64,000 nt of DNA from Candidatus Zixiibacteriota bacterium (lineage in GTDB: Bacteria > Zixibacteria > MSB-5A5 > UBA10806 > 4484-95). This document shows positions 39,456-50,361 of this stretch, one piece after another (position 1 is the first letter of the stretch; every line of letters starts with the position of its first letter). The notes beneath the pieces are model-generated. The model worked only from the letters and a program-made list of their open reading frames with translations. It searched no databases and was not told the origin of the DNA. The stretch is from positions 307,583 through 371,582 of the forward strand of contig JBBIRK010000002.1 in the NCBI GenBank assembly GCA_037441845.1, read 5' to 3'. Made by a program: the position numbers and the translations under genes.

Positions 39456-40187
39456 TTATCGACAATTCGATTTATTTTCCTCTAATTTCGATTTCATAAA
39501 GTAATCACACGAATGATTCAAGCGGCAGGTTCGGCAGAGCGGGTTGCGGCTGCGACAAACGACCCTCCCGTGGGCAATCAGATTCAGATGAAATCGGTAG
39601 AGCGATAGTTTATCGGCGAAGCGGGCGAAATAATCGTGCGCCTTATCCGGGGAGATCCCTTTGGGCAGAATGCCGATTCTGCCGGCGACTCGAAAGACGT
39701 GGGTATCTACGGGCATGACATTTCTGCCCAGCGAGAATGCCATGACACAGGCGGCGGTTTTTCGTCCGACGCCGGGTAGCGAGGTGAGGAATTCGACGAT
39801 CTCCTGGTCCTTCCAGCCGCGAATGAAATCGAGGGAATAGCGGCCGTCTTTCTTGATTTTGCGAAGAACCTCTTTTATGCGTCGGGCGCGGATTTCGGCG
39901 AGTCCGGCCGGTCTTATGGTTTGGGCGATCGTTCGAGTATCGGCGGCCGCGACATCTTCCCAGGTGGGATAAGCCTTCTTGAGCGCGGCGAAAGCACGGT
40001 CACGGTTATTGTCATTGGTATTTTGCGAAAGGATCGTAAAAATCAATTCGGTCAGCGGATCGACCCCCGGCCGGAATTTTTTATCACCGTGGATCCGCGT
40101 TAATAAATCGTCAACTTTTTCCGCGCGTCGACTAAGTTCGTCTGAAAATTCGAGTCGGGTGGGATTCTTCGTCGGAGTTCGTTTCAT
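39456..40187 (-). CDS. nth: endonuclease III family DNA glycosylase
   Basis: ILSQNT, LPGVGRKTA HhH, VDTHVFR, C-x6-C-x2-C-x5-C. Confidence 0.9.
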   Translation of the reverse strand: MKRTPTKNPTRLEFSDELSRRAEKVDDLLTRIHGDKKFRPGVDPLTELIFTILSQNTNDNNRDRAFAALKKAYPTWEDVAAADTRTIAQTIRPAGLAEIRARRIKEVLRKIKKDGRYSLDFIRGWKDQEIVEFLTSLPGVGRKTAACVMAFSLGRNVMPVDTHVFRVAGRIGILPKGISPDKAHDYFARFADKLSLYRFHLNLIAHGRVVCRSRNPLCRTCRLNHSCDYFMKSKLEENKSNCR

Positions 40188-40870
40188 TTTCTGACCGGTT
40201 TTTTACGGGAATAGCGTGTTTTTTCGGTGGCGATGCCGTTGAGCAAAAGATCTATGACGCAATCGGGACGTCGTTTAAGAAATTCGCGTTCCTGGCTCTT
40301 GGAAAGGTCGAGCATAGCCCGGGCGATGGGATGGCCGATGAAATATATCAGGTTCATGCCCATGAAACTGACGAGGGTTTGAATCGGATCGAGGTCGCGG
40401 AATTGGTGTTTCCTGCGACCATCGTTCAAGATTTCGAGAAAACGGTCGGCGATCGATTGGCGGCATTCGTGGCGCACCTGGGCTATGGCCGCGTGGACAT
40501 GATCGGGGTTATCTATGAGCGCCTCCATGACTATTTTGGAATAATCGCCATGCTGGGAAAACGATTCGACATGGGCGGCCACCACCCGTTTCATGCGTTC
40601 AATCGGCGAGAGTGATTCGTCGGCCGACTCTTGGAGGCGAGTGCTGATTTGCAGGGAGATTTTTTTCAGTATTTCGTAGACGGCCGCCTTGTAGAGGTTT
40701 TCTTTGCCGGCGAAATAGTAATAGGCCATCGCCTTGTTCAAGCCCGCTCGGGCGGCGATTTCCTCCATGCAAGCCCCATGTTTGCCTTTCTGGGCGAAAA
40801 CGACGATGGCGGCCTCAACCAATTTTTGTCGGCTGTGATGATCGCCGCTTTTTTTCAATCGATCGGACAT
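40184..40870 (-). CDS. TetR/AcrR family transcriptional regulator
   Basis: FAQKG...EIAARAGLNKAMAYYYF.GKE.L. Confidence 0.93.
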   Translation of the reverse strand: MSDRLKKSGDHHSRQKLVEAAIVVFAQKGKHGACMEEIAARAGLNKAMAYYYFAGKENLYKAAVYEILKKISLQISTRLQESADESLSPIERMKRVVAAHVESFSQHGDYSKIVMEALIDNPDHVHAAIAQVRHECRQSIADRFLEILNDGRRKHQFRDLDPIQTLVSFMGMNLIYFIGHPIARAMLDLSKSQEREFLKRRPDCVIDLLLNGIATEKTRYSRKKPVRK

Positions 40871-40882
40871 TAACTATTCCGT

Positions 40883-40898
40883 TTAACGTTTTCGTTAA
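40883..40898. promoter_or_regulatory. putative TetR operator, perfect inverted repeat TTAACG-tttt-CGTTAA
   Basis: Palindrome 12 nt upstream of the tetR start codon. Confidence 0.65.
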
Positions 40899-40995
40899 TT
40901 TATGCAGAATTTACGATGAGACAACGATTTTGTTTCATAATTCGTTCGCAATCGAAAAAAACGAGTAGTTGGTTTCGGAGATCGCCGCAACCCGA

Positions 40996-41625
40996 CTAAC
41001 GGGAGGAGAGCGATCGGATCGCCGCCCGCAATTCGATTAAGCTCGAGTCGCTGAAAGGGTCATAGTAGCCGCGGATGCGGGCTTGCCTGTCCACCAATAC
41101 GAAACGCGAGCTATGATCGGCGGGCAAGTTATCGGCGGACAGCATGAATCCGTTTTCCGAGAGGTCGGCCACTTCGTCGATCGGCCCGCGCAAGAAAAGC
41201 CAGCGGTCGTCGGTTACTCCGAAAGCCGCGGCATATTTTTGCAACACCGGCAGCGAATCGTAATCGGGGTCGACATCGATGGAGACGAATTGGATATCTG
41301 GAAAAGCGGCATATTCTTTGTAAAGTTCGGCCATTTTGGTGGACATTACCGGGCAGATGCTGTGGCATCTGGTGAAAAAGAAACAAATCACGCTGGTCTT
41401 GCCGAGTAGTCCGGCACTTCCGAAGGGAATATTAGATTGGGTGACGAACCGGAATTCGGGCACCTGCCCCAGTATCGGCAATCGGTCCGATGACGAATCG
41501 GCCAAGTGATTTCGCATAAAAATAAGCGCCAGCAACAGAGCCAACAGCACCGTTGCACCGAGATATAGCCCGAATTTGATCGGCAAGCGGCCGGTGCTTT
41601 TAAGGCTGTGGGACGAACCCGCCAT
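40996..41625 (-). CDS. SCO family copper chaperone
   Basis: FFTRCHSICP (CxxxC), VDPDYD, HSSRFVLVD. Confidence 0.92.
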   Translation of the reverse strand: MAGSSHSLKSTGRLPIKFGLYLGATVLLALLLALIFMRNHLADSSSDRLPILGQVPEFRFVTQSNIPFGSAGLLGKTSVICFFFTRCHSICPVMSTKMAELYKEYAAFPDIQFVSIDVDPDYDSLPVLQKYAAAFGVTDDRWLFLRGPIDEVADLSENGFMLSADNLPADHSSRFVLVDRQARIRGYYDPFSDSSLIELRAAIRSLSSR

Positions 41626-41626
41626 C

Positions 41627-42025
41627 TTAATGACCTTCGTGCCCGGCGGGGGCGACGGTATCCGCCGGTTGGTTTTGATAGATCACCGCCTCGGGATTTA
41701 CCGGATTGGCCAGGATTTCATAAACAGTGCCGCGCTCCATGGTGTCGAACATGGTCAAAATCAGAAAAACCCCGAGGAACACTATGGAGATCAGGAATAT
41801 GGTGAGATAGATTTTCTTGTCGTAGAGCAAGTGCATGAAAAAGAGCGCCACCAAAGAGGCTTTGAGAGTGGCGATACCCAGGGCCACCACTACGTTCCAG
41901 CCGCCGAGGTTTATACGCGACACGGCAACCGTAACCGCAGTCAAGATAAGCAATGCAGACCCGGTGCCGAGATAGATTTTCAGCGGCGTAACGTGATCGT
42001 CGGTTCTTGCGTGAGAGATTTCCAT
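41627..42025 (-). CDS. ctaF: cytochrome c oxidase subunit IV
   Basis: Three TM helices, KASLVALFFMHL. Confidence 0.88.
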   Translation of the reverse strand: MEISHARTDDHVTPLKIYLGTGSALLILTAVTVAVSRINLGGWNVVVALGIATLKASLVALFFMHLLYDKKIYLTIFLISIVFLGVFLILTMFDTMERGTVYEILANPVNPEAVIYQNQPADTVAPAGHEGH

Positions 42026-42029
42026 AAAA

Positions 42030-42677
42030 TCATCCTATTAAATACAATAGGGGGAATAGATAAATCCAAACCAAATCCACGAAATGCCAATATAGGCCTG
42101 CCAGTTCCACCGGAGTGTAATAGTCGGCGGAGAAACGGCCGCGGGCGGTATTCAAGGTAATCCAGATTAAAACCGACATCCCCCCTATTATATGCAGCGC
42201 ATGCAGTCCGGTCATGGCGAAATAGATGGTGAAGAACAGGTGCGGATTGACCCCTTCGATTCCTCGGTAAGTATAGAACTTGCCCGGCAATTGGCCGAGA
42301 TGAATCTTGTGGCTGTATTCGAAGTATTTCACCACTAAAAAAGCCGCGGCCAGGAGGATGGTGATCACCAGAAATCGCACCGTATTTCGCCGATTACCGA
42401 GCTGGATGCTGCGGATCGCCAGGGCCATAGTCACCGAGCTGGATATAAGAATCACGGTGTTGAGGCCGCCCAAAACGACATTGAGAGCGCGATGGGCGTT
42501 GTGAAACATGTCCGGATTCCAAGCGCGGAATACGCCATAGGCGACGAACAGCCCGCCGAAAAGTAATACCTCGGTGACCAAGAAAATCCATAGGCCCAAT
42601 TTGGCCGATTCTTTCTGCTGCTGCGGCGTAGAGAAGTGATGTGCCAGTCCCGGTTGATTCGGCGAATGTTCGTTCAT
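42030..42677 (-). CDS. ctaE: cytochrome c oxidase subunit III
   Basis: [40 protein letters not shown]. Confidence 0.95.
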   Translation of the reverse strand: MNEHSPNQPGLAHHFSTPQQQKESAKLGLWIFLVTEVLLFGGLFVAYGVFRAWNPDMFHNAHRALNVVLGGLNTVILISSSVTMALAIRSIQLGNRRNTVRFLVITILLAAAFLVVKYFEYSHKIHLGQLPGKFYTYRGIEGVNPHLFFTIYFAMTGLHALHIIGGMSVLIWITLNTARGRFSADYYTPVELAGLYWHFVDLVWIYLFPLLYLIG

Positions 42678-42680
42678 AGG

Positions 42681-44294
42681 TCAAGATTCGTTTTTGGGGT
42701 TCGCGGTGATTTTGTCGTAATCATAAAATCCGTGGGTGACGGTCGGCGTGACGGCGAAATTGGCGGCCGGAGGCGGCGATTCGGTTTGCCATTCGAGCGT
42801 CAGCGCATTCCATGGGTTGGCGGGAGCGGGTTTACCGCGGAAAAGCGATGAGATCAGGTAGATCGCCATTATCAACATTCCGACGCCCAGAATGATCGAG
42901 CCGGCAGTGGAGATTTCATGGAGACCTTCGTATTTGGCAGGATAAGAATAATAACGCCGCGGCATGCCGCGCGAACCGAGGATGAACTGGGTGAAAAAAG
43001 TAATATTGAATCCGACGAAAGTGAAAATCCATGCTATCACCGCCCAGGTTTTGTTATACATCTTACCCCAAATCTTGGGCCACCAATAATGCAGTCCGCC
43101 GAAAAACGCCATCACCGTGCCGCCGAACATGACATAGTGGAAATGAGCGACGATGAAATAAGTGTCGTGCAGATGAACATCAGTGGCCAGAGCGCCCAAA
43201 AACATGCCGGTGAGGCCGCCGATGGTGAAAAGGAACAAAAACGATAGTCCATATAGCATCGGCGTTTCGAACGATATCGAGCCTTTGTAGAGAGTGGCCA
43301 GCCAATTGAACACTTTAATGCCCGATGGGATCGCCACCAGAAAAGTGAGAAACGAAAAAATCATCGAGGCGAGATCCGACTGCCCGCTGGTAAACATGTG
43401 ATGTCCCCAAACCAGAAAGCTGATGAAGGCTATACCGAAGCTGGAGAAGGCGATAGCCTTGTAGCCGAATATTTTTTTATGGGAGAATACCGAAATCAGT
43501 TCACTGACTATCCCCATGGCCGGCAGAATCATGATATAAACCGCAGGATGGGAATAGAACCAGAAGAAGTGCTGATATAGTACGGGATCGCCGCCCAAGG
43601 CGGGGTTGAATACGCCGATCGAGAAAGCGCGTTCGAGAATCAGAAGCAGCAAGGTGATGCCGAGCACGGGGGTGGCCAGAATTTGGATTATGGCGGTGGC
43701 GTATAGCGCCCATACGAAAAGGGGCAATTTGAACCAGGTCAGTCCCGGGGCGCGTAGTTTGTGTATGGTTACGATAAAATTAATGCCGGTGAAAATCGAG
43801 GAGAAACCGAGGATGAACGCGCCCAAAGTCATGGAGATGACCGAGCTGGTGGTCATGGTGCTGTAAGGCGTGTAGAACGTCCATCCGGTGTCGGCGCCGC
43901 CGTGGACCATGGAATAGACGGCGAAGACCGCCCCGGCCACGTAAATATACCAACTGGCGAGATTGAGTCTGGGGAAAGCGACGTCGCGGGCGCCGATCAT
44001 CATGGGCAGGGCGAAATTGCCAAGCGTCGCGGGAATCGACGGGATAATGAAAAGAAAGATCATTATGGCTCCGTGGAGGGTGAAGACGCGGTTGTAGGCC
44101 TCGGCGCTCATCAAGAATTCACCCGGCACGACGAGCTTGATTCTGATCAACAGCGCGAAAACGCCGCCGAGCAGAAAGGAAAACATCACCGTGGCCAGAT
44201 ACAGGATTCCGATGCGCTTATGGTCGAGCGTGGTCAGCCAGGAGATGATCCCGCGGGGGTGATTCAAGTAATTGATTTTGTTCGCATTTTCCAT
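42681..44294 (-). CDS. ctaD: cytochrome c oxidase subunit I, A2 type
   Basis: [21 protein letters not shown] (YS motif), WGHH, HFHY, GMPRR. Confidence 0.97.
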   Translation of the reverse strand: MENANKINYLNHPRGIISWLTTLDHKRIGILYLATVMFSFLLGGVFALLIRIKLVVPGEFLMSAEAYNRVFTLHGAIMIFLFIIPSIPATLGNFALPMMIGARDVAFPRLNLASWYIYVAGAVFAVYSMVHGGADTGWTFYTPYSTMTTSSVISMTLGAFILGFSSIFTGINFIVTIHKLRAPGLTWFKLPLFVWALYATAIIQILATPVLGITLLLLILERAFSIGVFNPALGGDPVLYQHFFWFYSHPAVYIMILPAMGIVSELISVFSHKKIFGYKAIAFSSFGIAFISFLVWGHHMFTSGQSDLASMIFSFLTFLVAIPSGIKVFNWLATLYKGSISFETPMLYGLSFLFLFTIGGLTGMFLGALATDVHLHDTYFIVAHFHYVMFGGTVMAFFGGLHYWWPKIWGKMYNKTWAVIAWIFTFVGFNITFFTQFILGSRGMPRRYYSYPAKYEGLHEISTAGSIILGVGMLIMAIYLISSLFRGKPAPANPWNALTLEWQTESPPPAANFAVTPTVTHGFYDYDKITANPKNES

Positions 44295-44297
44295 GGG

Positions 44298-45260
44298 CTA
44301 CTCTTTTCCAAGCGATTTTATATAAGCGATCAGGGCATCGATTTCACGGTCGGAAAGAATGCCTTGATAAGTCGGCATGACCGGTTGGAATCCGGTTACT
44401 ATCTGGGCTTGAGGTTCGAGAATCGAGCGCCGCAGATAGTTTTCATCGGCCATAATCCGGCCGCCGTCGGTCAATTGTACCTCGTGGCCGAACAGACCGA
44501 GAAAAGTCGGCCCGACGCTGCGGGCACCGGTGACTGAATGGCAGGTATTACAGGCGCGCGAGACGAATAGGTTGGAACCGAGCTGTTCGAGAGGAACGCT
44601 TTGATCGGCAGCGGCCGCCGTGGCCAGCCAATTTCGGTAATCGTTTTCGGGCACCACTCTCACTTTCCCGAGCATCTCCGAATGTCCTTTGCCGCAGTAT
44701 TCAGCACAATAAAGATCAAATGTCCCCTCCGCGGTTCCCTCGAACCAGGCGATCGTGTAACGGTTGGGCAAGACGTCCTTTTTTATTCGAAATCCCGGCA
44801 CGTAGAAGCTGTGTATGACGTCGGTGGATGACATCAGCAGTTTCACCGGCTTGCCCAGAGGGACCACCAGCTCGTTTATGCTGGTCAGACCATCGGGGTA
44901 ATCGAATTTCCACATCCAGCGCTGGGCGGTGACTTTGATTTCGATGGCGTCTTTGGGGACGATACTCATGCGGATGAAAGCCTTGAAGCCCCAGGCGAAA
45001 ATGATGATAACGAGTATGGCCGGGATTATGGTCCAGAGGAGTTCGAGGGCGGTGTTATGGGCGATTCCGGAAGTGGTTTCGCCCGCCTTTTTCCGTCGAT
45101 AGCGGATCGAGAAGAAGACGATGAGGGAAACGATAAGTATGAAAAAGAACAGAGTGATATAGAATATAAAATGAAACAGCCTATCGACATCGCCGGCCAC
45201 CGTAGAGGCCTGCGGCGGCATGAATATGTTATTCAACGAATCCATCGATAATCCATCCAC
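44298..45260 (-). CDS. ctaC: cytochrome c oxidase subunit II with fused cytochrome c (caa3)
   Basis: DVIHS, CAEYCGKGHSEM CuA, CNTCH heme. Confidence 0.95.
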   Translation of the reverse strand: MDGLSMDSLNNIFMPPQASTVAGDVDRLFHFIFYITLFFFILIVSLIVFFSIRYRRKKAGETTSGIAHNTALELLWTIIPAILVIIIFAWGFKAFIRMSIVPKDAIEIKVTAQRWMWKFDYPDGLTSINELVVPLGKPVKLLMSSTDVIHSFYVPGFRIKKDVLPNRYTIAWFEGTAEGTFDLYCAEYCGKGHSEMLGKVRVVPENDYRNWLATAAAADQSVPLEQLGSNLFVSRACNTCHSVTGARSVGPTFLGLFGHEVQLTDGGRIMADENYLRRSILEPQAQIVTGFQPVMPTYQGILSDREIDALIAYIKSLGKE

Positions 45261-45272
45261 TATTATTTCGAT

Positions 45273-46133
45273 TCAGCAAACGATCTTAGCCGATCCGATC
45301 CGCTTTTTCCTAAACTCTTTGAACCAGAAAAAGCCGAGCGTCAAAGCCAGCGCTCCTACGGTGACGATTCCCCCCAAGCGCATGAGCTTGGCGGCAAAGA
45401 GGACATAGCCGCCCGCCTGCGGGTCGTAATGATAGCAATAAAGCAAAAGGCGGTCGGTGGCGCTTCCGACTTTGCCATCGGCGGCCTCGAGCAGGGCGAA
45501 TTTCAGGTCCTGAGTTTTATATTCGATACCGTAGAGGTAACGACTGATTTCCCCCTGCGGCGACAATATCGTTAGAACGGCGGCGTGGGCGTATTGTTTT
45601 TGCTTTTCGTCGTAGAAGTAACGGAAACCGACGGATTTCGCCAAAATTTCGATATCGGCGCCCCGCCCGACCAAGAAGTGCCAATTGTCGGCGATTGTGT
45701 CATCGGCGAGGTATTTGCGGTAATTTGCTTTTTTGGCCGCGGCCAGTTCGGCGGTTTCGGTGGTATCTATGCTGACGGTTACGATCGAATAGTCTTTTCC
45801 GGCGGTGAGATCGAGCGGCTTCAGGGCGTCGGCCAAACCGTTCATGACAAGATTACATAACATCGGGCAAGTATAGTAGGCCAGTACCAGGATCACCGGG
45901 TGATTTCGGTTGAAATAACGCGCAAGAACAACCGAATCGCCGGCATCATCGGTGAAAGCGGCATAGAGGGAAATAAAGCCGCCCAGATGCTCCTCGACAT
46001 CGATTCGTTGCAGCGCTTGGGGCTTCAGATCGGCGACCTGACCGATGGAAAAAGAATATCCGAGCAGTGAAATCAATACGGCTATTATCAAAACCGAGAA
46101 TCCGCGATGTTCAGTCAGCGACCGGCGTGTCAT
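45273..46133 (-). CDS. SCO family protein associated with ACIII/caa3
   Basis: YYTCPMLC, YAH, ISRYLYG, LLYCYHYDP..G.Y, C-terminal TM. Confidence 0.9.
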   Translation of the reverse strand: MTRRSLTEHRGFSVLIIAVLISLLGYSFSIGQVADLKPQALQRIDVEEHLGGFISLYAAFTDDAGDSVVLARYFNRNHPVILVLAYYTCPMLCNLVMNGLADALKPLDLTAGKDYSIVTVSIDTTETAELAAAKKANYRKYLADDTIADNWHFLVGRGADIEILAKSVGFRYFYDEKQKQYAHAAVLTILSPQGEISRYLYGIEYKTQDLKFALLEAADGKVGSATDRLLLYCYHYDPQAGGYVLFAAKLMRLGGIVTVGALALTLGFFWFKEFRKKRIGSAKIVC

Positions 46134-46520
46134 TCAGCGTTTACTCCGTGGATCGATATTACGTTGCCCGTTCGAATTCGCGGCGGGCTTGGTTCGGCCG
46201 TCACGATTTTCAGCTACCAGCAGAGCGATCGCGCTGTCTATGGGAATGCGGTAGATTCCCCGTGCGGAATCGACGACCCCGTATGAATCGAGCAAGGAGT
46301 CCTCGTGAGCGCGAAGGGCCAAAAGGTCTTTGGAGACCGGTACCAAGACGGCTTCTTCAATCTGCTTTTCGGTGACGGCCGTGAAATACTGATCGAGACC
46401 GATCAGAACGAGGACCAGAAGCATGACCCCGGTCAGGCCGACGGCGATCACCAGCTTGAGGTTTATATCACGGGATTCATAACCCTGAGTCTGTTTATCG
46501 TTTTCGTTCAACGTGTTCAT
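46134..46520 (-). CDS. ACIII accessory single-TM subunit (ActG-like)
   Basis: GYESRD + TM, YGVVD...G.YRIPI..A; position after actF. Confidence 0.65.
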   Translation of the reverse strand: MNTLNENDKQTQGYESRDINLKLVIAVGLTGVMLLVLVLIGLDQYFTAVTEKQIEEAVLVPVSKDLLALRAHEDSLLDSYGVVDSARGIYRIPIDSAIALLVAENRDGRTKPAANSNGQRNIDPRSKR

Positions 46521-46524
46521 GGTT

Positions 46525-47706
46525 TCATCCGGTGGTAATTTTAAGGGACGATTCGAGGCGCTCATCGCCGACAGGCACCAGCGGCGCCGATTTCAACGAC
46601 TGTAGCAGCCTCCAAATCATGATGCCGCCGACACCGATCCAGGTGCAAAAGTCGAACAAGGTGATCCGGGCGGCGTGTTCGGCGAAATTGGGCATGATAA
46701 GCCAGTAGATATCGACCCAGTGAACGAACAGCAGCCAGACGGCGATAAATCCGAGAACGGTCCGACTGCGTTTGGCCGGGCGGGAAATTAAAACGAAAAA
46801 TGGCAGAACGAAATGCCCGAACACTATAAGCAGGCTGAAGTATTTCCATGACCCCTCCCAGCGATGAGCGAACCAAATCGTCTCCTCGGGTATATTGGCA
46901 TACCAAATGAGGAAATATTGCGAAAACGCGATATATGCCCAGAATACGGTGAAGGCGAACAACAGGCGTCCCAGATCAAGGTAATGTTCTTCGGTAATCG
47001 ATTTGTCGAGCACGCCTTTTCCCCTAAAATAGATTGCCATAAAGGTCAAAAATGAAAGGCCGGCGAGAAGGCTCCCGGAAAACAGATAAACTCCGAAAAT
47101 GGTCGAATACCAATGGGGATCGAGCGACATGATCCAGTCGAAAGAGGCAAAGGTGACGGTCACGGCGAAAATCAGAATCCCGGGGGCGCTGACGGCGCGG
47201 AATTTTCGGGTGATCCCGGGGGTTCCACCCGAATCTTGTTCGATGGACAATCGAATCAAAAACTGCGAAACGCCAATCCAGGCGGCGAAATACAGAATAG
47301 ACCTTATGATAAAAAACGGCGGATTCAGATAAGGCGATTTATGACGAATTATTTCGCCGGCCATGACTGATTCATCGGTCCAGGGGAAAATCGATTTCAA
47401 GCCGATCAAAACTGGCAAAAAAAGAATCGCCAAAACGGGCAATACCGAAGCCGCTCTTTCAGCCAATCGGCGCAAGACCACGCTCCAGGTCGAATTGGTA
47501 AGATGATGAAGCATGACGAAGAAAAAGCCGCCCAAAGCCAAAGTAAGCCAATAGATAAATGAGGTCAAATACGACTGCAATAAATGCTCGACATCATAAA
47601 AAGCCAGAAAGCCGGATACGCAAAAACCGGCGAGACCTGCGATAAGCGCCCGGCGGGCAAGGCCGCCGTCATCCTGAAGCCGGTATGAAACGTCATCGAA
47701 TTTCAT
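46525..47706 (-). CDS. actF: alternative complex III subunit ActF
   Basis: Polytopic; DW.MSLDPHWYSTIFG, QYFLIWYANIPEET; start ATG 47706. Confidence 0.9.
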   Translation of the reverse strand: MKFDDVSYRLQDDGGLARRALIAGLAGFCVSGFLAFYDVEHLLQSYLTSFIYWLTLALGGFFFVMLHHLTNSTWSVVLRRLAERAASVLPVLAILFLPVLIGLKSIFPWTDESVMAGEIIRHKSPYLNPPFFIIRSILYFAAWIGVSQFLIRLSIEQDSGGTPGITRKFRAVSAPGILIFAVTVTFASFDWIMSLDPHWYSTIFGVYLFSGSLLAGLSFLTFMAIYFRGKGVLDKSITEEHYLDLGRLLFAFTVFWAYIAFSQYFLIWYANIPEETIWFAHRWEGSWKYFSLLIVFGHFVLPFFVLISRPAKRSRTVLGFIAVWLLFVHWVDIYWLIMPNFAEHAARITLFDFCTWIGVGGIMIWRLLQSLKSAPLVPVGDERLESSLKITTG

Positions 47707-47711
47707 GAGCG

Positions 47712-48377
47712 TCACTTCAAAATTCCTTTCACGGAATCGGGCAGATCGGTGTATCGGGCGGACTGACTTCGCTGCAAAGCCCGCAAATAAGCGACTATCG
47801 CCCAGCGATCGGCGGGAGGAATCTGGTATTTGTATGCAGGCATATTGCGCAAGCCCTCGGTGATGACCCGGAAAATATGCCCATCGCTGACGCCAAGAAG
47901 GCGATCGTCGGTGAAGGCCGGCGGCGGCGGATAGCCCCGTCTGACAACCATCCCACGCCCATCGCCCAGCCGACCGTGACATGCCGAGCAATAGATATCA
48001 TAGCGCTGGCGGCCCCGGTGCATAAGGTCTAAGGTGATCGGCATAGGCAGATTTTCGAGCGGCTTGCCCTGATTATCGACACCCCTGAAAAATGCCGAAT
48101 CCTCATGCAGCTGTCCACGGGCGACCGTTCCGGCCGGTGGGATCCGCATGGTCGATCTATCGGCGAAGAAGCGGCTTTCGGCTTGCGCTTTGTATTTTTG
48201 CTGCGAATCCATATTCTGATTCGGGTGGATCGGTGGCTTATCGGAGAGACTGCCACGATAGCAACCGGAGACGATGACGCATACAAGCAAGAGCGACAAC
48301 GCAAGGACAACAGGTCTATTGAAACGATCGATGTCGAGGAACCGTGATTGTGGTTTCTTATCAGCCATAGTATTCAA
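47712..48377 (-). CDS. actE: alternative complex III monoheme lipoprotein ActE
   Basis: VSGC lipobox, P.GTVARG, RYDIYCSACHG, DRWAIVAY.RALQ. Confidence 0.9.
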   Translation of the reverse strand: MNTMADKKPQSRFLDIDRFNRPVVLALSLLLVCVIVSGCYRGSLSDKPPIHPNQNMDSQQKYKAQAESRFFADRSTMRIPPAGTVARGQLHEDSAFFRGVDNQGKPLENLPMPITLDLMHRGRQRYDIYCSACHGRLGDGRGMVVRRGYPPPPAFTDDRLLGVSDGHIFRVITEGLRNMPAYKYQIPPADRWAIVAYLRALQRSQSARYTDLPDSVKGILK

Positions 48378-48925
48378 TCCCGTTCGGAAATAATTTCGAT
48401 ATCGCTGCCGCCGAGCGATTCGAGCAAGAGTTTGGTTTTTTCGATATCGAACAGCGGATCTGCCGATTCCACGCCGATGAAGAAAGCATTATCGGTCGTC
48501 CGGCGGAATTGATCGGAGGAAAAAAGCGGATGATTGAATCGGGGCAGTCCGTTGAATACCAGCATGCCGATGACGGCGGCGAATGCGGAAAGAAGAACCG
48601 CCAAAGCGAAAGTCACCGGCAGATAAGCGGGATAAGCGAAATACGGTTTGCCGCTTATAATCGTCGGGTAATCGACGGCATGCGTCCACCATTGCAGAAG
48701 CACCGCCCCGCTGAAACCGAGAATCGCAAAAAGGCCCACCAGATATCCGAGACGTGAACGCGACAAACCCATCGCGCGATCAAGCCCATGTATGGGGAAC
48801 GGCGAATGGCAATCGTATTTTTTATAGCCGGCGCGGTGTAGTTCGCTTGCCGCATGCAACAGCGCCCCGGGGTTTTCGAACCGCGCCAGCATCACCGAGG
48901 CTCTTCCCTGCTTATCGGCATCCAT
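48374..48925 (-). CDS. actD: alternative complex III subunit ActD (DUF3341)
   Basis: SPFPIHGLD, DYP..ISGKP, two TM helices. Confidence 0.9.
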   Translation of the reverse strand: MDADKQGRASVMLARFENPGALLHAASELHRAGYKKYDCHSPFPIHGLDRAMGLSRSRLGYLVGLFAILGFSGAVLLQWWTHAVDYPTIISGKPYFAYPAYLPVTFALAVLLSAFAAVIGMLVFNGLPRFNHPLFSSDQFRRTTDNAFFIGVESADPLFDIEKTKLLLESLGGSDIEIISERD

Positions 48926-48978
48926 GATCGCGGTCCTCCCTATTATCCGCATTTTCCGCAAAAGTCAAGATCGCCTCA

Positions 48979-50361
48979 CTATCGTTCACGATGCACCTCG
49001 GCATCGGGGATTACGGTTTTCACCTCGGACATGGCGATCACCGGGAAAAATCTTATAAACAGCAAGAACAAAGTGAGAAACAGGCCGAACGATCCGACTA
49101 AAAGTCCCAGATCGAAAATGGTGGGTGAATAGTCTCCCCAGCTCGACGGCAGAAAGTCGCGGGACAACGAAGTAACCACGATTACGAATCGCTCGAACCA
49201 CATCCCGACGTTGATCAGCAGGGAGATAATCAGCATGGCCGGAATGCTGGTACGGATTTTTTTCGACCAGAACAGTTGCGGTATCAGCACATTGCAGGAA
49301 ACCATGATCCAATAAGCCCAGGCGTAATTGCCGGTGGCTCGATTTATGAAGGTGAATAATTCGTATTGATTGCCGGAATACCAGGCGATGAAGAACTCGA
49401 TGGCGTAAGCATAGCCGACCATGAGGCTGGTGACCAGCATGATCTTGTTCATTTTTTCGAGATGGAATAAAGTGATGTAATTTTGCAATTTGAATATCTT
49501 TCTTAATATGATCGCCAAAGTTACCACCATGGCGAAACCGGAAAAGATGGCGCCGACGACGAAATAGGGCGGGAAAATAGTTGTATGCCAACCGGGCAAC
49601 TGGCTGACCGAGAAATCGGTGCTGACCACGCTGTGCACCGAAAGCACCAACGGAGTCGAGATGCCGGCAAGGATCAAGTAGGCCAGTTCGTAGTGGCGCC
49701 AATGGCGGTTTCCACCGCGCCACCCGAGCGAAAGGAAGCCAAATACGATCCGACGGATTTTCGTTTTCGCCCGATCGCGGAACGTGGCCAGATCAGGAAT
49801 AAGCCCAACATACCAGAACAAAAGCGAGCAGGTGAAATAGGTGCCGACGGCGAATACGTCCCAGAGAAGCGGGCTGCGGAAATTAGGCCAGACACCCATT
49901 TGGTTGGGCAGCGGGAACATCCAGTAGATCACCCAGAGGCGGCCGACATGTATGGCCGGGAAAATTCCGGCGCACATGATGGCAAAAAGGGTCATCGCCT
50001 CGGCGAACCGATTTATGGAGGTGCGCCAGCGCTGGCGTAATAAAAAGAGAATGGCGGAAATCAGAGTTCCGGCGTGGCCGATCCCCACCCAGAAAACGAA
50101 ATTGATGATGGCGAAACCCCAGCCGACGGGGATGTTGATGCCCCAGACGCCGAGACCGGTTAAAATCAGGTGGACAATCAGCCCGAAGAACATCAGCGCC
50201 AAAGATCCGGTTATGGCTATGGCGATATACCATGCCCGCGGCGTTTTTGATTCGGCGATGGCGCTGATATCCGCGGTTACTCCGGCGAAAGTCGGATTGC
50301 CGGTCACCAATGCGGTTTCGGTGGAATGATGACGAAGGCTATCGCGGATGTCGCTGCTCAA
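48979..50361 (-). CDS. actC: alternative complex III quinol-oxidising subunit ActC (NrfD family)
   Basis: [50 protein letters not shown]. Confidence 0.95.
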   Translation of the reverse strand: MSSDIRDSLRHHSTETALVTGNPTFAGVTADISAIAESKTPRAWYIAIAITGSLALMFFGLIVHLILTGLGVWGINIPVGWGFAIINFVFWVGIGHAGTLISAILFLLRQRWRTSINRFAEAMTLFAIMCAGIFPAIHVGRLWVIYWMFPLPNQMGVWPNFRSPLLWDVFAVGTYFTCSLLFWYVGLIPDLATFRDRAKTKIRRIVFGFLSLGWRGGNRHWRHYELAYLILAGISTPLVLSVHSVVSTDFSVSQLPGWHTTIFPPYFVVGAIFSGFAMVVTLAIILRKIFKLQNYITLFHLEKMNKIMLVTSLMVGYAYAIEFFIAWYSGNQYELFTFINRATGNYAWAYWIMVSCNVLIPQLFWSKKIRTSIPAMLIISLLINVGMWFERFVIVVTSLSRDFLPSSWGDYSPTIFDLGLLVGSFGLFLTLFLLFIRFFPVIAMSEVKTVIPDAEVHRER

